A DNA stretch of 64,000 bases from Auanema rhodensis. Lineage: Eukaryota; Animalia; Nematoda. Both the position numbers and the translations under genes were made by a program. The stretch covers positions 9,052,001-9,116,000 of the forward strand of contig OZ059900.1 of assembly GCA_964057225.1 (NCBI GenBank). The letters run 5' to 3'. How positions within the stretch are numbered: the first letter of the stretch is position 1; each line of letters starts with the position of its first letter. The notes under the pieces were generated by a model that was given only the letters and a program-made list of their open reading frames with translations, had not been told where the DNA came from and searched no databases. Positions 50,801 through 64,000 of the stretch are shown one piece after another.

Positions 50801-53800
50801 CTATATAGATCTCTCTTTCTGTTTAATCATTTTCAGTATTGAATTAAATTGTTTCGAAAATTTTTATTTCTCTTGAAATTTCAATCGATATCATCTCTTC
50901 CCTATACATGTTGTTTTGATAATCAATATGGAATTATCTATAGTTTTGACTGTTACTTGTGATTCTATATAGATATTTCCTTCTCTTTAATCATCTTCAT
51001 TATTGAATTGAATTGTTTCGAAAATTTTAATTTTTGTTGGAATTTCAATCGATATCATCTTTTCCCTATACATGTTGTTTTGAAAATCAATATGGAATTG
51101 TCTATAGTTTCGACTGTTACTTGTGATTCTATATAGATCTCTCTTTCTGTTTAATCATTTTCAGTATTGAATTAAATTGTTTCGAAAATTTTTATTTCTC
51201 TTGAAATTTCAATCGATATCATCTCTTCCCTATACATGTTGTTTTGATAATCAATATGGAATTATCTATAGTTTTGACTGTTACTTGTGATTCTATATAG
51301 ATATTTCCTTCTCTTTAATCATCTTCATTATTGAATTGAATTGTTTCGAAAATTTTAATTTTTGTTGGAATTTCAATCGATATCATCTTTTCCCTATACA
51401 TGTTGTTTTGAAAATCAATATGGAATTGTCTATAGTTTCGACTGTTACTTGTGATTCTATATAGATCTCTCTTTCTGTTTAATCATTTTCAGTATTGAAT
51501 TAAATTGTTTCGAAAATTTTTATTTCTCTTGAAATTTCAATCGATATCATCTCTTCCCTATACATGTTGTTTTGATAATCAATATGGAATTATCTATAGT
51601 TTTGACTGTTACTTGTGATTCTATATAGATATTTCCTTCTCTTTAATCATCTTCATTATTGAATTGAATTGTTTCGAAAATTTTAATTTTTGTTGGAATT
51701 TCAATCGATATCATCTTTTCCCTATACATGTTGTTTTGAAAATCAATATGGAATTGTCTATAGTTTCGACTGTTACTTGTGATTCTATATAGATCTCTCT
51801 TTCTGTTTAATCATTTTCAGTATTGAATTAAATTGTTTCGAAAATTTTTATTTCTCTTGAAATTTCAATCGATATCATCTCTTCCCTATACATGTTGTTT
51901 TGATAATCAATATGGAATTATCTATAGTTTTGACTGTTACTTGTGATTCTATATAGATATTTCCTTCTCTTTAATCATCTTCATTATTGAATTGAATTGT
52001 TTCGAAAATTTTAATTTTTGTTGGAATTTCAATCGATATCATCTTTTCCCTATACATGTTGTTTTGAAAATCAATATGGAATTATCTATAGTTTTGACTG
52101 TTACTTGTGATTCTATATAGATATTTCCTTCTCTTTAATCATCTTCATTATTGAATTGAATTGTTTCGAAAATTTTAATTTTTGTTGGAATTTCAATCGA
52201 TATCATCTTTTCCCTATACATGTTGTTTTGAAAATCAATATGGAATTATCTATAGTTTTGACTGTTACTTGTGATTCTATATAGATATTTCCTTCTCTTT
52301 AATCATCTTCATTATTGAATTGAATTGTTTCGAAAATTTTAATTTTTGTTGAAATTTCAATCGATATCATCTTTTCCCTATACATGTTGTTTTGAAAATC
52401 AATATGGAATTATCTATAGTTTTGACTGTTACTTGTGATTCTATATAGATATTTCCTTCTCTTTAATCATCTTCATTATTGAATTGAATTGTTTCGAAAA
52501 TTTTAATTTTTGTTGGAATTTCAATCGATATCATCTTTTCCCTATACATGTTGTTTTGAAAATCAATATGGAATTATCTATAGTTTTGACTGTTACTTGT
52601 GATTCTATATAGATATTTCCTTCTCTTTAATCATCTTCATTATTGAATTGAATTGTTTCGAAAATTTTAATTTTTGTTGGAATTTCAATCGATATCATCT
52701 TTTCCCTATACATGTTGTTTTGAAAATCAATATGGAATTGTCTATAGTTTCGACTGTTACTTGTGATTCTATATAGATCTCTCTTTCTGTTTAATCATTT
52801 TCAGTATTGAATTAAATTGTTTCGAAAATTTTTATTTCTCTTGAAATTTCAATCGATATCATCTCTTCCCTATACATGTTGTTTTGATAATCAATATGGA
52901 ATTATCTATAGTTTTGACTGTTACTTGTGATTCTATATAGATATTTCCTTCTCTTTAATCATCTTCATTATTGAATTGAATTGTTTCGAAAATTTTAATT
53001 TTTGTTGGAATTTCAATCGATATCATCTTTTCCCTATACATGTTGTTTTGAAAATCAATATGGAATTGTCTATAGTTTCGACTGTTACTTGTGATTCTAT
53101 ATAGATCTCTCTTTCTGTTTAATCATTTTCAGTATTGAATTAAATTGTTTCGAAAATTTTTATTTCTCTTGAAATTTCAATCGATATCATCTCTTCCCTA
53201 TACATGTTGTTTTGATAATCAATATGGAATTATCTATAGTTTTGACTGTTACTTGTGATTCTATATAGATATTTCCTTCTCTTTAATCATCTTCATTATT
53301 GAATTGAATTGTTTCGAAAATTTTAATTTTTGTTGAAATTTCAATCGATATCATCTTTTCCCTATAGATGTTGTTTTGAAAATCAATATGGAATTATCTA
53401 TAGTTTTGACTGTTACTTGTGATTCTATATAGATATTTCCTTCTCTTTAATCATCTTCATTATTGAATTGAATTGTTTCGAAAATTTTAATTTTTGTTGA
53501 AATTTCAATCGATATCATCTCTTCCCTATAGATGTTGTTTTGAAAATCAATATGGAATTATCTATAGTTTTGACTGTTACTTGTGATTCTATATAGATAT
53601 TTCCTTCTCTTTAATCATCTTCATTATTGAATTGAATTGTTTTGAAAATTTTAATTTTTGTTGAAATTTCAATCGATATCATCTTTTCCCTATAGATGTT
53701 GTTTTGAAAATCAATATGGAATTATCTATAGTTTTGACTGTTACTTGTGATTCTATATAGATATTTCCTTCTCTTTAATCATCTTCATTATTGAATTGAA

Positions 53801-56800
53801 TTGTTTCGAAAATTTTAATTTTTGTTGAAATTTCAATCGATATCATCTCTTCCCTATAGATGTTGTTTTGAAAATCAATATGGAATTATCTATAGTTTTG
53901 ACTGTTACTTGTGATTCTATATAGATATTTCCTTCTCTTTAATCATCTTCATTATTGAATTGAATTGTTTTGAAAATTTTAATTTTTGTTGGAATTTCAA
54001 TTGATATCATCTTTTCCCTATACATGTTGTTTTGAAAATCAATATGGAATTATCTATAGTTTTGACTGTTACTTGTGATTCTATATAGATATTTCCTTCT
54101 CTTTAATCATCTTTATTATTGAATTGAATTGTTTTGAATAATATTATTTTTGTTGAAATTTCAATCGATATCATCTTTTCCCTATACATGTTGTTTTGAA
54201 AATCAATATGGAATTATCTATAGTTTTGACTGTTACTTGTGATTCTATATAGATATTTCCTTCTCTTTAATCATCTTCATTATTGAATTGAATTGTTTCG
54301 AAAATTTTAATTTTTGTTGGAATTTCAATCGATATCATCTTTTCCCTATACATGTTGTTTTGAAAATCAATATGGAATTATCTATAGTTTTGACTGTTAC
54401 TTGTGATTCTATATAGATATTTCCTTCTCTTTAATCATCTTTATTATTGAATTGAATTGTTTTGAATAATATTATTTTTGTTGAAATTTCAATCGATATC
54501 ATCTTTTCCCTATACATGTTGTTTTGAAAATCAATATGGAATTATCTATAGTTTTGACTGATACTTGTGATTCTATATAGATATTTCCTTCTCTTTAATC
54601 ATCTTCATTATTGAATTGAATTGTTTCGAAAATTTTAATTTTTGTTGGAATTTCAATCGATATCATCTTTTCCCTATACATGTTGTTTTGAAAATCAATA
54701 TGGAATTATCTATAGTTTTGACTGTTACTTGTGATTCTATATAGATATTTCCTTCTCTTTAATCATCTTTATTATTGAATTGAATTGTTTTGAATAATAT
54801 TATTTTTGTTGAAATTTCAATCGATATCATCTCTTCCCTATAGATGTTGTTTTGAAAATCAATATGGAATTATCTATAGTTTTGACTGTTACTTGTGATT
54901 CTATATAGATATTTCCTTCTCTTTAATCATCTTCATTATTGAATTGAATTGTTTCGAAAATTTTAATTTTTGTTGGAATTTCAATCGATATCATCTTTTC
55001 CCTATACATGTTGTTTTGAAAATCAATATGGAATTATCTATAGTTTTGACTGTTACTTGTGATTCTATATAGATATTTCCTTCTCTTTAATCATCTTTAT
55101 TATTGAATTGAATTGTTTTGAATAATATTATTTTTGTTGAAATTTCAATCGATATCATCTTTTCCCTATACATGTTGTTTTGAAAATCAATATGGAATTA
55201 TCTATAGTTTTGACTGTTACTTGTGATTCTATATAGATATTTCCTTCTCTTTAATCATCTTTATTATTGAATTGAATTGTTTTGAATAATATTATTTTTG
55301 TTGAAATTTCAATCGATATCATCTCTTCCCTATAGATGTTGTTTTGAAAATCAATATGGAATTATCTATAGTTTTGACTGTTACTTGTGATTCTATATAG
55401 ATATTTCCTTCTCTTTAATCATCTTCATTATTGAATTGAATTGTTTTGAAAATTTTAATTTTTGTTGAAATTTCAATCGATATCATCTTTTCCCTATAGA
55501 TGTTGTTTTGAAAATCAATATGGAATTATCTATAGTTTTGACTGTTACTTGTGATTCTATATAGATATTTCCTTCTCTTTAATCATCTTCATTATTGAAT
55601 TGAATTGTTTCGAAAATTTTAATTTTTGTTGAAATTTCAATCGATATCATCTCTTCCCTATAGATGTTGTTTTGAAAATCAATATGGAATTATCTATAGT
55701 TTTGACTGTTACTTGTGATTCTATATAGATATTTCCTTCTCTTTAATCATCTTCATTATTGAATTGAATTGTTTTGAAAATTTTAATTTTTGTTGGAATT
55801 TCAATTGATATCATCTTTTCCCTATACATGTTGTTTTGAAAATCAATATGGAATTATCTATAGTTTTGACTGTTACTTGTGATTCTATATAGATATTTCC
55901 TTCTCTTTAATCATCTTTATTATTGAATTGAATTGTTTTGAATAATATTATTTTTGTTGAAATTTCAATCGATATCATCTTTTCCCTATACATGTTGTTT
56001 TGAAAATCAATATGGAATTATCTATAGTTTTGACTGTTACTTGTGATTCTATATAGATATTTCCTTCTCTTTAATCATCTTCATTATTGAATTGAATTGT
56101 TTCGAAAATTTTAATTTTTGTTGGAATTTCAATCGATATCATCTTTTCCCTATACATGTTGTTTTGAAAATCAATATGGAATTATCTATAGTTTTGACTG
56201 TTACTTGTGATTCTATATAGATATTTCCTTCTCTTTAATCATCTTTATTATTGAATTGAATTGTTTTGAATAATATTATTTTTGTTGAAATTTCAATCGA
56301 TATCATCTTTTCCCTATACATGTTGTTTTGAAAATCAATATGGAATTATCTATAGTTTTGACTGTTACTTGTGATTCTATATAGATATTTCCTTCTCTTT
56401 AATCATCTTTATTTTTGAATTGAATTGTTTTGAATAATATTATTTTTGTTGAAATTTCAATCGATATCATCTTTTCCCTATACATGTTGTTTTGAAAATC
56501 AATATGGAATTATCTATAGTTTTGACTGTTACTTGTGATTCTATATAGATATTTCCTTCTCTTTAATCATCTTTATTATTGAATTGAATTGTTTTGAATA
56601 ATATTATTTTTGTTGAAATTTCAATCGATATCATCTTTTCCCTATACATGTTGTTTTGAAAATCAATATGGAATTATCTATAGTTTTGACTGTTACTTGT
56701 GATTCTATATAGATATTTCCTTCTCTTTAATCATCTTTATTATTGAATTGAATTGTTTTGAATAATATTATTTTTGTTGAAATTTCAATCGATATCATCT

Positions 56801-59800
56801 TTTCCCTATACATGTTGTTTTGAAAATCAATATGGAATTATCTATAGTTTTGACTGTTACTTGTGATTCTATATAGATATTTCCTTCTCTTTAATCATCT
56901 TCATTATTGAATTGAATTGTTTCGAAAATTTTAATTTTTGTTGGAATTTCAATCGATATCATCTTTTCCCTATACATGTTGTTTTGAAAATCAATATGGA
57001 ATTATCTATAGTTTTGACTGTTACTTGTGATTCTATATAGATATTTCCTTCTCTTTAATCATCTTCATTATTGAATTGAATTGTTTCGAAAATTTTAATT
57101 TTTGTTGAAATTTCAATCGATATCATCTTTTCCCTATACATGTTGTTTTGAAAATCAATATGGAATTATCTATAGTTTTGACTGTTACTTGTGATTCTAT
57201 ATAGATATTTCCTTCTCTTTAATCATCTTTATTATTGAATTGAATTGTTTTGAATAATATTATTTTTGTTGAAATTTCAATCGATATCATCTTTTCCCTA
57301 TACATGTTGTTTTGAAAATCAATATGGAATTATCTATAGTTTTGACTGTTACTTGTGATTCTATATAGATATTTCCTTCTCTTTAATCATCTTCATTATT
57401 GAATTGAATTGTTTCGAAAATTTTAATTTTTGTTGAAATTTCAATCGATATCATCTTTTCCCTATACATGTTGTTTTGAAAATCAATATGGAATTATCTA
57501 TAGTTTTGACTGTTACTTGTGATTCTATATAGATATTTCCTTCTCTTTAATCATCTTTATTATTGAATTGAATTGTTTTGAATAATATTATTTTTGTTGA
57601 AATTTCAATCGATATCATCTTTTCCCTATACATGTTGTTTTGAAAATCAATATGGAATTATCTATAGTTTTGACTGTTACTTGTGATTCTATATAGATAT
57701 TTCCTTCTCTTTAATCATCTTCATTATTGAATTGAATTGTTTCGAAAATTTTAATTTTTGTTGAAATTTCAATCGATATCATCTTTTCCCTATACATGTT
57801 GTTTTGAAAATCAATATGGAATTATCTATAGTTTTGACTGTTACTTGTGATTCTATATAGATATTTCCTTCTCTTTAATCATCTTCATTATTGAATTGAA
57901 TTGTTTCGAAAATTTTAATTTTTGTTGGAATTTCAATCGATATCATCTTTTCCCTATACATGTTGTTTTGAAAATCAATATGGAATTATCTATAGTTTTG
58001 ACTGTTACTTGTGATTCTATATAGATATTTCCTTCTCTTTAATCATCTTTATTATTGAATTGAATTGTTTTGAATAATATTATTTTTGTTGAAATTTCAA
58101 TCGATATCATCTTTTCCCTATACATGTTGTTTTGAAAATCAATATGGAATTATCTATAGTTTTGACTGTTACTTGTGATTCTATATAGATATTTCCTTCT
58201 CTTTAATCATCTTCATTATTGAATTGAATTGTTTCGAAAATTTTAATTTTTGTTGGAATTTCAATCGATATCATCTTTTCCCTATACATGTTGTTTTGAA
58301 AATCAATATGGAATTATCTATAGTTTTGACTGTTACTTGTGATTCTATATAGATATTTCCTTCTCTTTAATCATCTTTATTATTGAATTGAATTGTTTTG
58401 AATAATATTATTTTTGTTGAAATTTCAATCGATATCATCTTTTCCCTATACATGTTGTTTTGAAAATCAATATGGAATTATCTATAGTTTTGACTGTTAC
58501 TTGTGATTCTATATAGATATTTCCTTCTCTTTAATCATCTTTATTATTGAATTGAATTGTTTTGAATAATATTATTTTTGTTGAAATTTCAATCGATATC
58601 ATCTTTTCCCTATACATGTTGTTTTGAAAATCAATATGGAATTATCTATAGTTTTGACTGTTACTTGTGATTCTATATAGATATTTCCTTCTCTTTAATC
58701 ATCTTCATTATTGAATTGAATTGTTTCGAAAATTTTAATTTTTGTTGGAATTTCAATCGATATCATCTTTTCCCTATACATGTTGTTTTGAAAATCAATA
58801 TGGAATTATCTATAGTTTTGACTGTTACTTGTGATTCTATATAGATATTTCCTTCTCTTTAATCATCTTTATTATTGAATTGAATTGTTTTGAATAATAT
58901 TATTTTTGTTGAAATTTCAATCGATATCATCTTTTCCCTATACATGTTGTTTTGAAAATCAATATGGAATTATCTATAGTTTTGACTGTTACTTGTGATT
59001 CTATATAGATATTTCCTTCTCTTTAATCATCTTCATTATTGAATTGAATTGTTTCGAAAATTTTAATTTTTGTTGGAATTTCAATCGATATCATCTTTTC
59101 CCTATACATGTTGTTTTGAAAATCAATATGGAATTATCTATAGTTTTGACTGTTACTTGTGATTCTATATAGATATTTCCTTCTCTTTAATCATCTTTAT
59201 TATTGAATTGAATTGTTTTGAATAATATTATTTTTGTTGAAATTTCAATCGATATCATCTTTTCCCTATACATGTTGTTTTGAAAATCAATATGGAATTA
59301 TCTATAGTTTTGACTGATACTTGTGATTCTATATAGATATTTCCTTCTCTTTAATCATCTTCATTATTGAATTGAATTGTTTCGAAAATTTTAATTTTTG
59401 TTGGAATTTCAATCGATATCATCTTTTCCCTATACATGTTGTTTTGAAAATCAATATGGAATTATCTATAGTTTTGACTGATACTTGTGATTCTATATAG
59501 ATATTTCCTTCTCTTTAATCATCTTCATTATTGAATTGAATTGTTTTGAATAATATTATTTTTGTTGAAATTTCAATCGATATCATCTTTTCCCTATACA
59601 TGTTGTTTTGAAAATCAATATGGAATTATCTATAGTTTTGACTGATACTTGTGATTCTATATAGATATTTCCTTCTCTTTAATCATCTTTATTATTGAAT
59701 TGAATTGTTTTGAATAATATTATTTTTGTTGAAATTTCAATCGATATCATCTTTTCCCTATACATGTTGTTTTGAAAATCAATATGGAATTATCTATAGT

Positions 59801-62800
59801 TTTGACTGATACTTGTGATTCTATATAGATATTTCCTTCTCTTTAATCATCTTCATTATTGAATTGAATTGTTTTGAATAATATTATTTTTGTTGAAATT
59901 TCAATCGATATCATCTTTTCCCTATACATGTTGTTTTGAAAATCAATATGGAATTATCTATAGTTTTGACTGATACTTGTGATTCTATATAGATATTTCC
60001 TTCTCTTTAATCATCTTCATTATTGAATTGAATTGTTTCGAAAATTTTAATTTTTGTTGGAATTTCAATCGATATCATCTTTTCCCTATACATGTTGTTT
60101 TGAAAATCAATATGGAATTATCTATAGTTTTGACTGTTACTTGTGATTCTATATAGATATTTCCTTCTCTTTAATCATCTTTATTATTGAATTGAATTGT
60201 TTTGAATAATATTATTTTTGTTGAAATTTCAATCGATATCATCTTTTCCCTATACATGTTGTTTTGAAAATCAATATGGAATTATCTATAGTTTTGACTG
60301 ATACTTGTGATTCTATATAGATATTTCCTTCTCTTTAATCATCTTCATTATTGAATTGAATTGTTTTGAATAATATTATTTTTGTTGAAATTTCAATCGA
60401 TATCATCTTTTCCCTATACATGTTGTTTTGAAAATCAATATGGAATTATCTATAGTTTTGACTGATACTTGTGATTCTATATAGATATTTCCTTCTCTTT
60501 AATCATCTTCATTATTGAATTGAATTGTTTCGAAAATTTTAATTTTTGTTGGAATTTCAATCGATATCATCTTTTCCCTATACATGTTGTTTTGAAAATC
60601 AATATGGAATTATCTATAGTTTTGACTGATACTTGTGATTCTATATAGATATTTCCTTCTCTTTAATCATCTTCATTATTGAATTGAATTGTTTCGAAAA
60701 TTTTAATTTTTGTTGGAATTTCAATCGATATCATCTTTTCCCTATACATGTTGTTTTGAAAATCAATATGGAATTATCTATAGTTTTGACTGATACTTGT
60801 GATTCTATATAGATATTTCCTTCTCTTTAATCATCTTCATTATTTAATTGAATTGTTTCGAAAATTTTAATTTTTGTCGAAATTTCAATCGATATCATCT
60901 TTTCCCTATACATGTTGTTTTGAAAATCAATATGGAATTATCTATAGTTTTGACTGATACTTGTGATTCTATATAGATATTTCCTTCTCTTTAATCATCT
61001 TCATTATTGAATTGAATTGTTTTGAATAATATTATTTTTGTTGAAATTTCAATCGATATCATCTTTTCCCTATACATGTTGTTTTGAAAATCAATATGGA
61101 ATTATCTATAGTTTTGACTGATACTTGTGATTCTATATAGATATTTCCTTCTCTTTAATCATCTTCATTATTGAATTGAATTGTTTCGAAAATTTTAATT
61201 TTTGTTGGAATTTCAATCGATATCATCTTTTCCCTATACATGTTGTTTTGAAAATCAATATGGAATTATCTATAGTTTTGACTGATACTTGTGATTCTAT
61301 ATAGATATTTCCTTCTCTTTAATCATCTTCATTATTTAATTGAATTGTTTCGAAAATTTTAATTTTTGTCGAAATTTCAATCGATATCATCTTTTCCCTA
61401 TACATGTTGTTTTGAAAATCAATATGGAATTATCTATAGTTTTGACTGATACTTGTGATTCTATATAGATATTTCCTTCTCTTTAATCATCTTCATTATT
61501 GAATTGAATTGTTTCGAAAATTTTAATTTTTGTTGGAATTTCAATCGATATCATCTTTTCCCTATACATGTTGTTTTGAAAATCAATATGGAATTATCTA
61601 TAGTTTTGACTGATACTTGTGATTCTATATAGATATTTCCTTCTCTTTAATCATCTTCATTATTTAATTGAATTGTTTCGAAAATTTTAATTTTTGTCGA
61701 AATTTCAATCGATATCATCTTTTCCCTATACATGTTGTTTTGAAAATCAATATGGAATTATCTATAGTTTTGACTGATACTTGTGATTCTATATAGATAT
61801 TTCCTTCTCTTTAATCATCTTCATTATTTAATTGAATTGTTTCGAAAATTTTAATTTTTGTCGAAATTTCAATCGATATCATCTTTTCCCTATACATGTT
61901 GTTTTGAAAATCAATATGGAATTATCTATAGTTTTGACTGATACTTGTGATTCTATATAGATATTTCCTTCTCTTTAATCATCTTCATTATTGAATTGAA
62001 TTGTTTCGAAAATTTTAATTTTTGTTGGAATTTCAATCGATATCATCTTTTCCCTATACATGTTGTTTTGAAAATCAATATGGAATTATCTATAGTTTTG
62101 ACTGATACTTGTGATTCTATATAGATATTTCCTTCTCTTTAATCATCTTCATTATTGAATTGAATTGTTTCGAAAATTTTAATTTTTGTCGAAATTTCAA
62201 TCGATATCATCTTTTCCCTATACATGTTGTTTTGAAAATCAATATGGAATTATCTATAGTTTTGACTGATACTTGTGATTCTATATAGATATTTCCTTCT
62301 CTTTAATCATCTTCATTATTGAATTGAATTGTTTCGAAAATTTTAATTTTTGTTGGAATTTCAATCGATATCATCTTTTCCCTATACATGTTGTTTTGAA
62401 AATCAATATGGAATTATCTATAGTTTTGACTGATACTTGTGATTCTATATAGATATTTCCTTCTCTTTAATCATCTTCATTATTGAATTGAATTGTTTCG
62501 AAAATTTTAATTTTTGTTGGAATTTCAATCGATATCATCTTTTCCCTATACATGTTGTTTTGAAAATCAATATGGAATTATCTATAGTTTTGACTGATAC
62601 TTGTGATTCTATATAGATATTTCCTTCTCTTTAATCATCTTCATTATTTAATTGAATTGTTTCGAAAATTTTAATTTTTGTCGAAATTTCAATCGATATC
62701 ATCTTTTCCCTATACATGTTGTTTTGAAAATCAATATGGAATTATCTATAGTTTTGACTGATACTTGTGATTCTATATAGATATTTCCTTCTCTTTAATC

Positions 62801-64000
62801 ATCTTCATTATTGAATTGAATTGTTTCGAAAATTTTAATTTTTGTTGGAATTTCAATCGATATCATCTTTTCCCTATACATGTTGTTTTGAAAATCAATA
62901 TGGAATTATCTATAGTTTTGACTGATACTTGTGATTCTATATAGATATTTCCTTCTCTTTAATCATCTTCATTATTGAATTGAATTGTTTCGAAAATTTT
63001 AATTTTTGTTGGAATTTCAATCGATATCATCTTTTCCCTATACATGTTGTTTTGAAAATCAATATGGAATTATCTATAGTTTTGACTGATACTTGTGATT
63101 CTATATAGATATTTCCTTCTCTTTAATCATCTTCATTATTTAATTGAATTGTTTCGAAAATTTTAATTTTTGTTGGAATTTCAATCGATATCATCTTTTC
63201 CCTATACATGTTGTTTTGAAAATCAATATGGAATTATCTATAGTTTTGACTGTTACTTGTGATTCTATATAGATATTTCCTTCTCTTTAATCATCTTCAT
63301 TATTGAATTGAATTGTTTTGAATAATATTATTTTTGTTGAAATTTCAATCGATATCATCTTTTCCCTATACATGTTGTTTTGAAAATCAATATGGAATTA
63401 TCTATAGTTTTGACTGATACTTGTGATTCTATATAGATATTTCCTTCTCTTTAATCATCTTTATTATTGAATTGAATTGTTTTGAATAATATTATTTTTG
63501 TTGAAATTTCAATCGATATCATCTTTTCCCTATAGATGTTGTTTTGAAAATCAATATGGAATTATCTATAGTTTTGACTGTTACTTGTGATTCTATATAG
63601 ATATTTCCTTCTCTTTAATCATCTTCATTATTGAATTGAATTGTTTTGAATAATATTATTTTTGTTGAAATTTCAATCGATATCATCTTTTCCCTATAGA
63701 TGTTGTTTTGAAAATCAATATGGAATTATCTATAGTTTTGACTGTTACTTGTGATTCTATATAGATATTTCCTTCTCTTTAATCATCTTCATTATTGAAT
63801 TGAATTGTTTTGAATAATATTATTTTTGTTGAAATTTCAATCGATATCATCTTTTCCCTATACATGTTGTTTTGAAAATCAATATGGAATTATCTATAGT
63901 TTTGACTGATACTTGTGATTCTATATAGATATTTCCTTCTCTTTAATCATCTTTATTATTGAATTGAATTGTTTTGAATAATATTATTTTTGTTGAAATT
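41838..64000 (+). repeat. 164-bp tandem satellite, right array (~135 monomers, truncated by the window end); distinct subfamily
   Basis: Exact 164 phase from 41998 to 63974 (134 units). Diagnostic variants aaaattttaatttttgttg(g/a)aa, cttttccc and gatatttccttctc are essentially absent from the interior of the left array. Confidence 0.99.
48148..52083 (+). repeat. 328-bp dimeric higher-order repeat (12 copies)
   Basis: The left-array-type segment (ggaattGtctatagtttCgac...gatCTctct...gaTaatc) recurs every 328 bp from 48148 to 51756, alternating with right-array-type monomers. Confidence 0.92.

Noticed and set aside
901-64000. Assigning the satellite or protein to a named family or species
   Set aside because: I do not recognise either with confidence; BLAST and HMM searches are required.

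Overview
This window is AT-rich eukaryotic DNA; the TTTTTCAG/TTTTTAG splice acceptors are nematode-like, but the organism is not established. About 94% is one 164-bp tandem satellite (~25% GC): ~230 monomers at 901-38588 and ~135 monomers at 41838-64000, the latter running off the window end. Between the two arrays is a 3.4-kb indel-free palindrome with arms 38776-40410 and 40538-42172, a 127-bp spacer, and mirror positions summing to 80948. Each arm carries a two-exon gene, and the two genes are convergent. The ORF track splits each gene: joining the MKKILAIYLYLVNHLHA exon to the long ORF across a 70-nt GT..TTTTTTTCAG intron gives 232-aa and 234-aa proteins with a signal-peptide-like N-terminus, a Ser/Thr-rich linker, two Cys and two N-glycosylation sequons. 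I do not recognise the family. By hand comparison the arms are identical in upstream DNA, intron and distal 3' flank, yet the proteins differ at 40 residues against only 6 purely synonymous codon differences, mostly in three patches. This is a candidate satellite-embedded, palindrome-based system for diversifying a secreted protein. The arrays also record their own history: higher-order repeats, block duplications, transfer of a monomer across the cassette, and a probable ancestral ~82-bp half-unit.
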